Source: Armatimonadota bacterium (GTDB lineage Bacteria; Armatimonadota; HRBIN16). Taken from it: 64,000 nucleotides of DNA. This document shows positions 1 to 10,966 of this stretch, piece after piece (the stretch's first letter is position 1; each line of letters opens with the position of its first letter). The stretch spans positions 3,552,001 through 3,616,000 of the forward strand of contig OY781964.1 of assembly GCA_963677485.1 (NCBI GenBank). The letters run 5' to 3'. Made by a program: the position numbers and the translations under genes. The notes beneath the pieces are model-generated. The model was not told the DNA's origin, made no database searches, and was given only the letters and a program-made list of their open reading frames with translations.

Positions 1-2
1 AT

Positions 3-1121
3 GAGTTTCAGCTACAGATCACTAAATGTGAGAAAGGCATCTTTGCCGAGGCTGGCCAAGAGTTTAATGTGGCATCGCCGAAGCAGTTGGGACAGATTCT
101 ATTTGAGAAGATGGAGCTGCCTAGCGGTCGGAAGACCGCCAAAGGCGCATGGTCTACCGATTCCGATGTGCTGGAGGCTTTGGCGGAGAAGCATCCCATC
201 GCTCGGTTGCTGACAGAATACCGCGAGATCAGCAAGTTGCGCAGTACCTACGCAGACTCGCTGCCGCGGTTGCTGCATCCGTCGGACGGGCGGATTCATA
301 GCAAGTTCAACCAAATGGTGACGGCCACTGGTCGACTGAGCAGCAGTGACCCCAACCTGCAGAATATCCCTGTGCGCAGTGAAATGGGTATGAAGATCAG
401 ACAAGGCTTTGTCGCGAAACCCGGATATCAGCTCATCTCTGCAGACTATTCGCAGATTGAGCTGCGTCTGCTGGCCCATGTTTGTGAAGAGCCCCGCTTG
501 ATCGAAGCTTTCGAAACCGGGCAGGATGTTCATACAGCGACGGCCTCGATCCTGTTTGATGTACCGGTCTCGGAGGTTACGGGGGCTCAACGCCGGAGGG
601 CGAAGACAGTGAACTTCGGGGTGCTTTACGGGCAGAGCGATTTCGGGCTTAGCAACGCCTTGGGTGTTTCTCGTACAGAAGCTAAGACGTTTATCACCGA
701 CTATTTTGCGCGTTTACCGATGGTAAAGACATACATAGAACAGACGGTGGCTTTCGCGCGTCAAAATGGATATGTGCAGACGATATTTGGCCGAAAACGG
801 ATGATGCCGGATGTGAGGCACAGTAACCATAATGTGCGAACAGCAGCGGAAAGAGCTGCTGTGAACAGCCCATTGCAGGGAGCCGCCGCCGACTTGATCA
901 AGCTGGCGATGATCAAACTCAATCCTGAACTGGCAGGCAATGGGTATAAACTATGTTTGCAGGTACACGACGACTTGATGCTGGAAGTTCCTTCCAGCAA
1001 AATTCACGATGCGGCTGCGCTCTTACGCGAAGCGATGACTCAAGTGACTAAACTGCGGGTTCCGCTTGAGGTTGATGTGAAGGCTGGCAGCAACTGGGCA
1101 GAGATGGAACGATGCCCTTAG
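3..1121 (+). CDS. polA: DNA polymerase I, C-terminal polymerase domain (5'-truncated by window edge)
   Basis: Frame is open from nt 3. PolA motifs TATGRLSSSDPNLQNIP, SADYSQIELRLLAH, AKTVNFGVLYG and QVHDDL are present. Confidence 0.97.
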   Translation, partial: EFQLQITKCEKGIFAEAGQEFNVASPKQLGQILFEKMELPSGRKTAKGAWSTDSDVLEALAEKHPIARLLTEYREISKLRSTYADSLPRLLHPSDGRIHSKFNQMVTATGRLSSSDPNLQNIPVRSEMGMKIRQGFVAKPGYQLISADYSQIELRLLAHVCEEPRLIEAFETGQDVHTATASILFDVPVSEVTGAQRRRAKTVNFGVLYGQSDFGLSNALGVSRTEAKTFITDYFARLPMVKTYIEQTVAFARQNGYVQTIFGRKRMMPDVRHSNHNVRTAAERAAVNSPLQGAAADLIKLAMIKLNPELAGNGYKLCLQVHDDLMLEVPSSKIHDAAALLREAMTQVTKLRVPLEVDVKAGSNWAEMERCP

Positions 1122-1317
1122 AAAGCCGATCAGGTGGCCATTTCAGAAATTGTTACGCATTTGCAATGAAAATTTGATAATATGAGGCAGGAATGCGTCT
1201 TATCCCTGCATAATATAATAAGAGGCGTACAATATATGTCGGACGCCCAATCAACTTGGCTAGTTGGGCGTTATAACCAAATGATAGCCATGTCAACCTA
1301 GGAGAGTTCATACGACC

Positions 1318-2673
1318 ATGTTGGACGACAACAACGTTCAGTCTACTCACAGCGACAGTATGTCGCAGATGAGTGACGCCGACCTTTTTGCTCAAGCGAT
1401 GGAGCAACCCGCTGATGGGCTGAGCCGCAGCGTGCGCCCAGGCCAGATCGTTCGCGGTACCGTAGTTAAGGTAGACCGTGAAGGAGTATTGGTGGACATC
1501 GGGTATAAATCCGAAGGCTTCATTAGACCTGACGAGCTAAGCCTGACTAACGAAAATCCCGAAGACGTCGTTAAAGAGGGTCAAGAAATTGACTGCTGCG
1601 TGCTTCGAATGCACGGCGACGAGGGACAGATTCTGCTGTCTAAGCGAAAAGCAGATTTCGATGTAGCCTGGAAGCGGCTTGATGAGCTTCAGCAGGCCAA
1701 CGCCACTATTGAAGGCGAAGTCAAGCAACACGTTAAGGGCGGATTGATCGTTGACGTAGAGGGTGTTCGCGGTTTCGTTCCTGCTTCACAAGTGGGAACT
1801 GCTCGCGGACGCGTGTCCGACTCCGCTCTCGACAGTATGGTTGGCAAGACCGTACCACTAAAAGTGCTTGAGATTGACCGCATGAAGCGGAAAGCGGTCT
1901 TCAGTAACCGCCAGGCAGAGGAAGAGCAGCGCGAAGCTCGCCGTAAAGAGGTGATGACCAACATCGCCGAAGGCGTTGAGCTTGATGGTGTGGTACGCCG
2001 CATCGTCGAATTCGGTGCTTTCATCGACCTGGGTGGTGTGGACGGCCTTCTGCACAAAAGTGAAATCAGTTGGAAGCGAGTGAACCATCCCAGCGAAGTG
2101 TTGAAAGAGGGCGATACCGTGCGCGTGGTTATCCTGCGCATGAACTCCGATTCTAATCGCATCTCACTGGGTATGAAGCAGCTGATGAGTGATCCATGGA
2201 AAGACGCCGAGCACGCTTACTACGTGGGGCAGAAGATTCATGGTCACGTCGTCCGCTTTGCACCGTTCGGAGTGATTGTGGAGCTTGAGGGCGATATCGA
2301 AGCCACCATCCACACCTCTGAACTCGCTGACAAAAAAGTGAAGCATCCCAGCGAAGTCGTAAATATCGGCGACGATATTGAAGCGATCGTGACGAATGTC
2401 AACGCCAATGACCGCCGCATGAACCTCAGTCTGCGCCAACTCAAGAAGCAGATTGAAGAGAAGCAGGAGCATGAGGTCGTTGCCACCTACGCCGCGAAAG
2501 TGGGCGAAGCGGGAGCATCAACCATAGGTGAGCGCATGGCTCAACTCCGAATCGACGCAGCAGCGGCTGAAGCCGAAGCTGAAGCAGAGGAGGCCGTTGA
2601 AGCGGCTGAGCCTGTTGAGGCCGTTGAGGCTGTCGAAACCGTTGAGGCCCCTGAAGAGCCGAAAGAGGCCTAG
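1318..2673 (+). CDS. rpsA: 30S ribosomal protein S1 (four S1 domains, acidic C-terminal tail)
   Basis: Repeated S1 motifs (VDIGYKSEG, GFVPASQV, FGAFIDLGGVDGLLHKSEISW). GGAG RBS upstream. polA-rpsA-coaE gene order. Confidence 0.95.
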   Translation: MLDDNNVQSTHSDSMSQMSDADLFAQAMEQPADGLSRSVRPGQIVRGTVVKVDREGVLVDIGYKSEGFIRPDELSLTNENPEDVVKEGQEIDCCVLRMHGDEGQILLSKRKADFDVAWKRLDELQQANATIEGEVKQHVKGGLIVDVEGVRGFVPASQVGTARGRVSDSALDSMVGKTVPLKVLEIDRMKRKAVFSNRQAEEEQREARRKEVMTNIAEGVELDGVVRRIVEFGAFIDLGGVDGLLHKSEISWKRVNHPSEVLKEGDTVRVVILRMNSDSNRISLGMKQLMSDPWKDAEHAYYVGQKIHGHVVRFAPFGVIVELEGDIEATIHTSELADKKVKHPSEVVNIGDDIEAIVTNVNANDRRMNLSLRQLKKQIEEKQEHEVVATYAAKVGEAGASTIGERMAQLRIDAAAAEAEAEAEEAVEAAEPVEAVEAVETVEAPEEPKEA

Positions 2674-2678
2674 CCTCT

Positions 2679-3305
2679 GTGAGTGAGCACCCCGGTGTAT
2701 CATCGCGAGTTCTTGCGGTGACTGGCAGTATCGCCAGCGGGAAAAGCAGGGTAACCAGCTTTTTAAGCGACCTGGGTGCGCACTCAATCAGTTTAGATGA
2801 TATATCTCGCGATCTGAGTGAACCGGGCGGCCTGATAGAAAAGGCCGTCGCAGATCACATGGGCCGCGAGTTCCTGAATCCGCGGGGAGGGCTAAACAGG
2901 GTGCGTTTAGCCGAGTTTGTATTTAGCAGCACCCGAAACCGGAAACGGCTGAACAGCATTACGCATCCGTTGATAATGGCAGAGTGTCACCGCCAATTGG
3001 AGACAACTGGCGCTGAGAGTGGAAAACCACTGGTAGTTGAAGTACCATTACTTTTTGAATGTGGTTTGCATTACCAGTTTGGTGGCAGTTTGCTTGTGTG
3101 TTGCAGTCAGGAAGTGCAGTTACAAAGACTGACACAACGAGGACTCAACCTTCGCGATGCGCAATTAAGAATAGACAGCCAGTTATCAGCACGTGTGAAA
3201 AGATACCTTGCGGATTTCGTAATAGAAAATAGTGCCGATTGGACCCTCACCGAACATCAGATTCGATCAGTATGGGAACCGTGGATCACAACACAGCATT
3301 ACTAA
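2679..3305 (+). CDS. coaE: dephospho-CoA kinase
   Basis: P-loop VTGSIASGKS, LNSITHPLI, VEVPLLFE, RIDSQL, ADFVIEN. Confidence 0.93.
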   Translation: MSEHPGVSSRVLAVTGSIASGKSRVTSFLSDLGAHSISLDDISRDLSEPGGLIEKAVADHMGREFLNPRGGLNRVRLAEFVFSSTRNRKRLNSITHPLIMAECHRQLETTGAESGKPLVVEVPLLFECGLHYQFGGSLLVCCSQEVQLQRLTQRGLNLRDAQLRIDSQLSARVKRYLADFVIENSADWTLTEHQIRSVWEPWITTQHY

Positions 3306-3351
3306 AGCTGAGTCCGGTGAAAACAAGTGACACTAGCTACCGGTCTAACAG

Positions 3352-5037
3352 ATGACATCTAAGTGGAGGAACCGTCTTTTGAAACGCAATCGGGAAACCA
3401 ACTCAAGCCGGGTTAAAGGCTGGTTGGCAGCACTGTGCGGCCTGGTGGTCGGAATGGTTGCTGTGTCTGCTCAGGCTCAGACCGAGCAGACCCAAGTGGC
3501 TGTAACCGAATTCACCGCCCGCACCAGCTCCCAACAGACCCTACTCGCCAGAGCTGCTACAGATGCAGTGGCCTTGGAACTCTCTCGAAACGGGTTCGTG
3601 GTGATGTCCCGCAGCCAAGTTCAGGCTGCGATCAGTGACCTGAGCCTTGACACTCCTTTAGATAAGGTGGGCGTCTCTCAACTAGGCCAGAAGCTGGGCG
3701 CCACGTCCATCGTGCAAGGCACCGTGATGAACCTTCGGCTGGAAGGCGAGCCACGGCGCGCCAGTGTCAACATCATTGTTCGCATGACCGACCCGCTTTC
3801 GGGCGAAGATGTGAATGGTGCCGTTGTCAGCGGACGAAGCAATCAGCGCGTAGGCTTTAACGGCGATGACCAGCAAATAATCCGTGAAGCTGTTAGCAAC
3901 GCTGCTTATGAAGCTGCCAAAACCATGGCATCATACAACATTCCTACAGCCACCGTGTTGAACACGATTGGTGGGGACGAAATACTTTTAAATGGTGGTG
4001 CCCGTGGTGGTATCGCTACTGGTATGGAGATGCTTGTTCAAAACCACGGACAGAACATCGGCCGTGTGCGCGTCATCCGCGTAAGCGACACCGATGCAGT
4101 GGCTAGAGTCATCACTTCAACCCGTGGGATTAAACCTGAAGATCGTGTCCGTGCGATTTTTGCGATTCCTGAAATTACCACTGTGAAGGGCAACACCGTT
4201 CTTAAGCCAGCTAAAGTAGCCAAACCAAGTGTTTGGAGCAGCATGGGCAAGATCCTGTTGATTGGCGCAGTGATATATGGTGTGTCTATGATCGGTGGGG
4301 GCGGTAATAACGGCGTTGATAATGTAACCGCTGTTGCCACATTAGGCCCAGCTGGTCTCCCTGCCATCGTGGTTAACTGGGAGCCAAGCAAGTTTGCTCA
4401 GGGTAATGCAGACCGTCTACAGTTCTACATCATCCGTGATGACGTGCTGTATGAAGGAAACACAACTGACAAAACCGGCTGGATCGCCACTGGTGATCCG
4501 AATGCGAAGAACTACATCGACACAACCGTTGTTGCCGGTGCAGCTCACAGTTACCGAGTTGTTCTAGAATACAACTATGTGAACCCCTCAAGTGCAGAAG
4601 TGACAGTGAAGCTGAGTGACCCTGTGTGGACCAACCGCGTGACTACTGTTGGTGCACCTAGCTGTCTATCGCCGTTCACTGGATCTGATACCGAAGACCT
4701 GACCAAGATGAAGTTCATCATCAACACCTCGTTAGGTGCTGACCAGTACCAGGTTCAAGTATCAACAGACCCAATGTTCCCAGCATCTGGCAGTTACAGC
4801 GTGATCATGCCTGCAGGCAAGACCACCACGGATGAGATCAATCTGATCTCCAGTGGCGTGGTAGGCAGCACGATGGCCGCCAGGTTCTTAGCTGCACAAA
4901 CTCAGCGCTTGCCGATCTATTGGCGAGTAGGGGCCAGACACCTTGGTGATCCAGAGCCATCTCCGAATGGTTGGATTTACGGCGAAAGGTTCCTGTTTGT
5001 ATCATCGGATACACCACCTCCGCCCCCCTCGAACTAA
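3352..5037 (+). CDS. secreted protein with CsgG/TolB-N-like domain, FlgT-C-like domain, internal hydrophobic segment, FN3-like domains and poly-Pro C-terminus
   Basis: Signal peptide ending AQA (likely start TTG 3379 after GGAGG). VAVTEF...FVVMSRSQV...LGQKLGATSIVQGTV is a CsgG-like pattern. ILLNGGARGGIATGMEMLV...IGRVRVIRV is FlgT-C-like. Ends TPPPPPSN. Domain calls are by pattern recognition. Confidence 0.6.
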   Translation: MTSKWRNRLLKRNRETNSSRVKGWLAALCGLVVGMVAVSAQAQTEQTQVAVTEFTARTSSQQTLLARAATDAVALELSRNGFVVMSRSQVQAAISDLSLDTPLDKVGVSQLGQKLGATSIVQGTVMNLRLEGEPRRASVNIIVRMTDPLSGEDVNGAVVSGRSNQRVGFNGDDQQIIREAVSNAAYEAAKTMASYNIPTATVLNTIGGDEILLNGGARGGIATGMEMLVQNHGQNIGRVRVIRVSDTDAVARVITSTRGIKPEDRVRAIFAIPEITTVKGNTVLKPAKVAKPSVWSSMGKILLIGAVIYGVSMIGGGGNNGVDNVTAVATLGPAGLPAIVVNWEPSKFAQGNADRLQFYIIRDDVLYEGNTTDKTGWIATGDPNAKNYIDTTVVAGAAHSYRVVLEYNYVNPSSAEVTVKLSDPVWTNRVTTVGAPSCLSPFTGSDTEDLTKMKFIINTSLGADQYQVQVSTDPMFPASGSYSVIMPAGKTTTDEINLISSGVVGSTMAARFLAAQTQRLPIYWRVGARHLGDPEPSPNGWIYGERFLFVSSDTPPPPPSN

Positions 5038-5154
5038 TAGAGGGTTAGGAGACCCGAATAGAGTAATATGGCCTGTCCGACAAGATTTACAGGACAGGCC
5101 GGCTCCTTGTGACGAAGCCGGATTTCGTAGGTTAGATTACGCGGGAGGATACCT

Positions 5155-8100
5155 GTGATAAACATCATACGGCGGATAGCTCAGTGGTTCGCACCATTAG
5201 CTTTGCTGTTGGCAGTTGTGTTTGGTAGCGCGGCTATGGCGGCAACTGAGCATGCACCCAACGAGGCCATTGTGTGGGCCAATGCTGGCGTAACTCGTCA
5301 GCAAATTGCCGATCTGGCAACTCAGAACGGCTATACCGTTATTCCATTATTAATGGATGACGTGTATCGGATCGTAAAGCCGGTATCGAAAACCCGAGGC
5401 GGTTCCGATATCGTGGACGGATCCGGGGAAATCATCACCCGGTACAAAGATTCTGGTCTTTGTAGATATACCGGAGAAAACCGCATGCATAGGATTTCTC
5501 AGGTTAGCCCTGTCATCCCCAATGATGCTAGGTATTCTGAGCAGTGGGGCGTACCCCTGATGAATGTGCCAAAAGCCTGGTCCGTTGAAAAGGGTAAGAG
5601 TAACGTCGTAGCCGTTGTGATGGATACAGGCGTTGTTTTAACACATCCTGATCTTGATTCTCCGCGGCTCATCAAGCGGCTGAAAGACGACGCTGGTACC
5701 GACGTGATGCTCGATACTGGTGACAATGACGCAGACCCGAGTGCTGTGTACCGTACTGATGATACTGGCTCATGGTTTCACGGCACTCACGTAATGGGTA
5801 TCATTGGAGCAACTGCGAACAATACCATAGGTGTTGCTGGCGTTACCTATGAGAATGTAACTCTTCTGCCGATTAAAGCCGCCAGATTTGAAACCACAGT
5901 TCTAGCGTGGGTGTTTTTCGACGACTCGGTTATAAACGGTATAAAAGTCTGTATGAATGCCAAGCGTTATATAGCCACCCAACTGGGTGTGCCAGACGTT
6001 AAAATGGTTGTTAATATGAGCTTTGGTGGTGCTGCCCCATCTGATGAACCGGATCTGACGGATCCTTACAACACCATATTGCTTCAAGCTGCAAACGAAT
6101 ATGGGATAGTATTCACTATAGCTGCTGGAAATTCAGCTCAAGAGGGAAACCCACCGTCACATCCAGCGAATATGGCATCGAAGAGCAAAAATATCCTATG
6201 TATCGCGTCGGTAGGACCTAAAGGCAAGCGCGCATACTATAGCTCTTATCGATCCTACACCACCGTGGCCGCACCGGGCGGTGAGATGTATAGTTCAACC
6301 GACACTAACGGCATTCTAAGCACAGGCCCTAACCGGCTAGGTGCTGGGATAGATGACTATATTTTTGAACAAGGCACCTCAATGGCCAGTCCGATGGCCG
6401 CAGGTGCAATTGCGATCATGCTTTCCCGCGGTATTCCAGCTAACCAGATCAAAGACGTGCTCATTGCAACGGCGAACCCGGTGGGTTACACCGTACCGAA
6501 CGCCGAAGTGGGATACGGTATGATTGACCTTTATAAAGCAGTGACGGCATCGTCTGTGAGCTTAACTTTACAAGATAGTGGCATTGGTAAAGTTGCTGGC
6601 AAGTACACAATGCGAACAAAGAAAGTGCAACTCAACTTTGTCGCAGGTAATACGACGAAAAAGTTGATGAAAGCTAAGATTGATGGCGATGTGGTACCGG
6701 CTGACAGCATCACTTACACGTCTATCGACGCAGATAGTGCCATAGCGGCTATCACACTTGAGTTGGAAGTTGGCAGCCACAACCTGGTTGTCACGGCCAC
6801 TAATAAACAAGACGCGACCGATACGACAACGAAGACGATCGCTTTTGACGTGACACCTTATCGTTACGACGTCAACAATACCCCCGCGAAAATGCGCCTA
6901 ATGTCGCTGCCGATCTTCGAAGCGGCTGAAGGCTCAACAACCAGCTTGTCTGCTGACAACATACTGCGTGGAAGCCTGGAAGGTGACCAACCGGCCAACT
7001 TCACGCTTCTGCGATGGATGAACCAGGACACCAACGGCTCATGGGCGTCATGGCAGAGCAACGGATCACGGAAAGACGCTGCAGCATCATTTGATGCTAA
7101 CAGCTGGATGACTGGCTATCCCGTTGATGTCGCCGCTGGCAAATCATCAAGCCCTGTAGGTCTTGGCTTCTTTGTACGCAGCGATGCGAACCTGTATGCC
7201 GTATCTTCGGGTTCTGAGACCAACGCTGTTCCGTTTGAAGTGCAGCTTGTTAAGGGATGGAACCTCATTGGTAATCCATATACCTATGATGTCGCGTGGA
7301 ATGGCTGTCAGTTCATCACCTATGATGATAAAAGCTATACCGTGCAAGCAGCAGCATCCGCAAATGTCATATTGCCGAATGTCTATGGTTACGACAATGG
7401 GTCATACTATTGGCTGACAGCTCCGTTTGGCATGCTAAGAGCATGGGAAGGTTACTGGATCATGGCGCTGCAACCTTGCCGCATGATCTTTAACCCAGTA
7501 GTCGGCGATGCGGCGAAAGCAACCGTCGCTGCAGAGAACTGGACAGTAAACTTCGCGTTGAAATTAGACGGTGGGGCGGCCGGTAATGTAGTGATCGGTA
7601 CCTCCAACAATGCCTCTGACAGTTTGGACCTCTTGGATGTCTTGGCTCCACCAGCCATCAACCCGAACTTGAAGTTGATGGGTGTTGAGAACGCACTATT
7701 GAAGGATGTTCGAAGCAACTCGGGCAAACAAAAATGGTACATTCAAGTCCCAGAAGGCGCACAGAAAGCCAACCTGAGTTGGAAATCCGCAGGCGTAGTG
7801 CCCGTGCGAAGCCGACTATTGTTGACCGATCTGAGCACCGGTACTAAGACTGGCATCAGTCGCTCCGGCGAAATTGTTGCTCAACCTGGCAGCCGCCTGA
7901 TGGTGGAACAAGTTGATAACAGCACTGGCAGTCTACGCGTGAGCAGCATGAGAGTGCGAGCCACACGTGGAGGTTCTATCAGTGTGGACTACACGTTAAG
8001 TGCTTCCGCTAATGTGACCGCGACTGTTTATGACGCCGCGGGTAAATCTGTGACCGTGATACCTGTAGGTGCCAAGAGCAGCGGGCCTGGCTCGCTGAGT

Positions 8101-8223
8101 TGGAACGGCAAGAACCGCGAAGGCGTGTCGTTACCGGCAGGCGTATACACCATGACCCTAGACGTAACAAACGACGAGGGGAACCGAATAACGGCATCTC
8201 AGCCCGTGGTTCTCGTCAGGTAG
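5155..8223 (+). CDS. secreted S8 family (subtilisin-like) serine protease with C-terminal FlgD-Ig/T9SS-CTD-like domain
   Basis: Catalytic motifs VMDTG, HGTHVMG, AAGNS, GTSMASP. Signal peptide. C-terminal WNGKN...LPAGVY motif. GGAGG RBS. Confidence 0.9.
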   Translation: MINIIRRIAQWFAPLALLLAVVFGSAAMAATEHAPNEAIVWANAGVTRQQIADLATQNGYTVIPLLMDDVYRIVKPVSKTRGGSDIVDGSGEIITRYKDSGLCRYTGENRMHRISQVSPVIPNDARYSEQWGVPLMNVPKAWSVEKGKSNVVAVVMDTGVVLTHPDLDSPRLIKRLKDDAGTDVMLDTGDNDADPSAVYRTDDTGSWFHGTHVMGIIGATANNTIGVAGVTYENVTLLPIKAARFETTVLAWVFFDDSVINGIKVCMNAKRYIATQLGVPDVKMVVNMSFGGAAPSDEPDLTDPYNTILLQAANEYGIVFTIAAGNSAQEGNPPSHPANMASKSKNILCIASVGPKGKRAYYSSYRSYTTVAAPGGEMYSSTDTNGILSTGPNRLGAGIDDYIFEQGTSMASPMAAGAIAIMLSRGIPANQIKDVLIATANPVGYTVPNAEVGYGMIDLYKAVTASSVSLTLQDSGIGKVAGKYTMRTKKVQLNFVAGNTTKKLMKAKIDGDVVPADSITYTSIDADSAIAAITLELEVGSHNLVVTATNKQDATDTTTKTIAFDVTPYRYDVNNTPAKMRLMSLPIFEAAEGSTTSLSADNILRGSLEGDQPANFTLLRWMNQDTNGSWASWQSNGSRKDAAASFDANSWMTGYPVDVAAGKSSSPVGLGFFVRSDANLYAVSSGSETNAVPFEVQLVKGWNLIGNPYTYDVAWNGCQFITYDDKSYTVQAAASANVILPNVYGYDNGSYYWLTAPFGMLRAWEGYWIMALQPCRMIFNPVVGDAAKATVAAENWTVNFALKLDGGAAGNVVIGTSNNASDSLDLLDVLAPPAINPNLKLMGVENALLKDVRSNSGKQKWYIQVPEGAQKANLSWKSAGVVPVRSRLLLTDLSTGTKTGISRSGEIVAQPGSRLMVEQVDNSTGSLRVSSMRVRATRGGSISVDYTLSASANVTATVYDAAGKSVTVIPVGAKSSGPGSLSWNGKNREGVSLPAGVYTMTLDVTNDEGNRITASQPVVLVR

Positions 8224-8238
8224 TGGAGGAGTGCAGGC

Positions 8239-10944
8239 GTGAATAGTACCTGTAGAAATAACGGCATTGTGCCTAAATGGGCACGTAGTTTAGCCGCAGC
8301 GGCAATGCTTCTAGTAGGCTTGGCCAATTGCGCATGGGCGGTTATGCCGCCCATAGACTATCCGATCAAGGTATCCGATACCAACCTTGGAGAAGGTGCA
8401 TATCGCATCATCTTCAACAATGAAAAAATCGAATATGCCCAGGGTGTGGGTCATCAAGTTGCCCACTTCATGGACGGAACCACTGCGATCATGGAAGACA
8501 CCGCAGGGCGGTTTTCCATGGGTACGAAGGCTGGAGCTGGATTTTCATCGGCCGATGATAATGTGGCTCTGCACGGAATGCACGGATGGCCCGGTGGTAA
8601 CGCCAGCTATTTCGATGTAGGAATTGGTCTGACCGCTGATGCATTAACCTGGGCCAAATACGCAGGTGATGGTGAGTGGACCACCGCTCCTTTCATCGAC
8701 ATCACCGGCCGCATCATGAGCAGCCGTTGGACGACCGATGGCGTTCTCATTACCCAGAACGTCGAACTGATTGGTTCTTGGGCCAAAATATCTTGGTCAT
8801 TTAAGAACACTAATGCAGTAGGCCGTTATGTTGACATGCGTATGGTTCTCAGCCAGATGCTCAACATCTTCAAAGTGCCTTATGTGAGCGTTCCCGGTTG
8901 GGGAATCATTGTTAGTGACACCACGATCACTGGTACCGTGCCGGATGATCTGAGTTTCCTACCAACTCAGCAGTCCCTTGCTCCTGAGCTTAAGGTCCTG
9001 CTCAAAGGCAATGGTTTGACCGAACCCAATTTGATCCAGGTTGGTGACCACGCGCTGCCCGGTGGTGGTCGTTTGGGCGTAGATATGGACCCCAACGGTG
9101 CAGTACCTTCTCGTCCTGTGAACTGGATGGGTAGTATGATCACCTACAAGCCCATTACGATTGCGGCTGGTGCTACCCAGACCATGAGCATGATGCTTGG
9201 ACTTGGTTCCAGTACACTGAACGCGCCAGCGGGTTCGAAATTCACGGCTGAGACGGAATGCCAACGGTCATTAAGCCTGAATAGCTCGATGCCAGGCAAG
9301 TATGATCCGGCTTCGTTTAGCATATATGGCTACACGACCAACCTTCATGACGAGACACTCGATCGATCTCTTGATAATGTCACCATGACGATCAGTCTGC
9401 CTAAGGGTTTGGAACTCTTGGCTGGTGAGTCTGCTACCAAGACGATTGCTTCAGTAGATAGAGGCAAGACGGTTGGAGTGAACTGGAAAGTCAAGGCGAA
9501 TACTCAAGCGTTTGGCGATCTTCAATATACAATCAGTGTGAAGTGGGATCAGATGACATACACCGTGACACGCAAGGTGTTCGTGCCTATGGTGCCCATC
9601 ACTGATATCACCGAGAACTACCAACTTAAGAGCTTCGGCTTCAAGTTTAGCAACCCTCTACCTACCTCGGTACTGGGTATCGCTGATGGTGCACCTGTTT
9701 CAGACACATATGATATGTTCGGCTGGGATGTAACTAGTCAGAAATATGTGACTGGCGACGCTTTAGCTGAAATTTCGCCAGCTACTGGGTACTGGATGCG
9801 CGTTAAGAACGTGGCTGATGCAGGGTCAAAAACCCTGAATGGAGCCATAGCCGCCGAAGACCCGTTTGGCACGACCCCCTACAGGGTAAATCTGCCTGCT
9901 ACGATGAAGGGATGGATACTCATAGGTAACCCATACCCATTCAGCGTGGCAATCGGAAACCTGAAGATATTCGACCGCACGACACAGAACACCTTGACTA
10001 TAGCTCAGGCTATCGCTCAGAACAAAGCTCGAGGAACCATCTTCAGATGGCAGCCTAAGGCTGGTTCGTATCCCGGTGGTTACCAGGCCCTTTCCTTTGT
10101 TTCACAACAAGGGGAGCTTCTGAAACCAGGCGATGGATATTGGATGTATATCGACGGTAAGTATCTGGCCCTCGAGTTCTACAGCAGCAGCGTCACTGGA
10201 GCCACTCAGACCTGGCCAAACAAGTCTGCTGCCAACGGATGGAGGATCAGCCTTAACGGCTCATCAAATGGAATCTGCAGCGGAACCGCGGCAATAGGCG
10301 GTAATGTAGATGCCAGTGATTCAGAAGACGGTATGGACACACCAGTACCTCCAAAGAGCCCTGACACGGGAGTGCAGATCAGTTTAGCCGGTGGTTTAGC
10401 TGAGGATATCCGCAGCATGAGCGGCCGCAAGAGCTGGGATCTGTTCGTCAACGTGCCTGCTGGAACCAGCAGTGTGGAGTTGAAGTGGGATGGCAGTCGG
10501 AATGTGCCAAGTAATGTAAGGCTGATGTTAGTCGATGCATCTGCTGGTCGCAACCGCGATATGCGCGGAACCAGCAGCTATGTGCTCGACATGGCCGGAC
10601 AGACTACGAAGACACTTAAGATAGTTGCCGAACCCGCCGGAAGCTCCGCATTACGCATCAATAGCGTTCGAGTTGGACGGAGCCGTGGCGGCTCAGTTCA
10701 GTTGAGTTATAACCTATCCGATAACGCAACCTGCAGCGTGCGGGTGATGGGAGCCAACGGTAGTGTAGTGAACACCCTAGCTACTTCAGGTTCTGCATCC
10801 CGCGGTGTAAACACCGTCACTTGGAACGGGCAGGATGCTAATGGTATCAACGTGCCGGCAGGAATATACCTGATGGAAATTGCCGCCAGCACAGAAGACG
10901 GCCAAACAGCAAAGACCGTTCAACCCGTAGTAATGACACGCTAA
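8239..10944 (+). CDS. large secreted protein with C-terminal FlgD-Ig/T9SS-CTD-like domain
   Basis: 901-aa ORF, GGAGG RBS, signal peptide (AWA). GWILIGNPY and WNGQD...VPAGIY motifs shared with neighbours. Confidence 0.8.
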   Translation: MNSTCRNNGIVPKWARSLAAAAMLLVGLANCAWAVMPPIDYPIKVSDTNLGEGAYRIIFNNEKIEYAQGVGHQVAHFMDGTTAIMEDTAGRFSMGTKAGAGFSSADDNVALHGMHGWPGGNASYFDVGIGLTADALTWAKYAGDGEWTTAPFIDITGRIMSSRWTTDGVLITQNVELIGSWAKISWSFKNTNAVGRYVDMRMVLSQMLNIFKVPYVSVPGWGIIVSDTTITGTVPDDLSFLPTQQSLAPELKVLLKGNGLTEPNLIQVGDHALPGGGRLGVDMDPNGAVPSRPVNWMGSMITYKPITIAAGATQTMSMMLGLGSSTLNAPAGSKFTAETECQRSLSLNSSMPGKYDPASFSIYGYTTNLHDETLDRSLDNVTMTISLPKGLELLAGESATKTIASVDRGKTVGVNWKVKANTQAFGDLQYTISVKWDQMTYTVTRKVFVPMVPITDITENYQLKSFGFKFSNPLPTSVLGIADGAPVSDTYDMFGWDVTSQKYVTGDALAEISPATGYWMRVKNVADAGSKTLNGAIAAEDPFGTTPYRVNLPATMKGWILIGNPYPFSVAIGNLKIFDRTTQNTLTIAQAIAQNKARGTIFRWQPKAGSYPGGYQALSFVSQQGELLKPGDGYWMYIDGKYLALEFYSSSVTGATQTWPNKSAANGWRISLNGSSNGICSGTAAIGGNVDASDSEDGMDTPVPPKSPDTGVQISLAGGLAEDIRSMSGRKSWDLFVNVPAGTSSVELKWDGSRNVPSNVRLMLVDASAGRNRDMRGTSSYVLDMAGQTTKTLKIVAEPAGSSALRINSVRVGRSRGGSVQLSYNLSDNATCSVRVMGANGSVVNTLATSGSASRGVNTVTWNGQDANGINVPAGIYLMEIAASTEDGQTAKTVQPVVMTR

Positions 10945-10966
10945 CGGAGACGAGGAGTAACCACAC

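Noticed and set aside
2560-2670. Low-complexity repeat at rpsA 3' end as a separate element
   Set aside because: In-frame Glu/Ala/Val-rich disordered tail.
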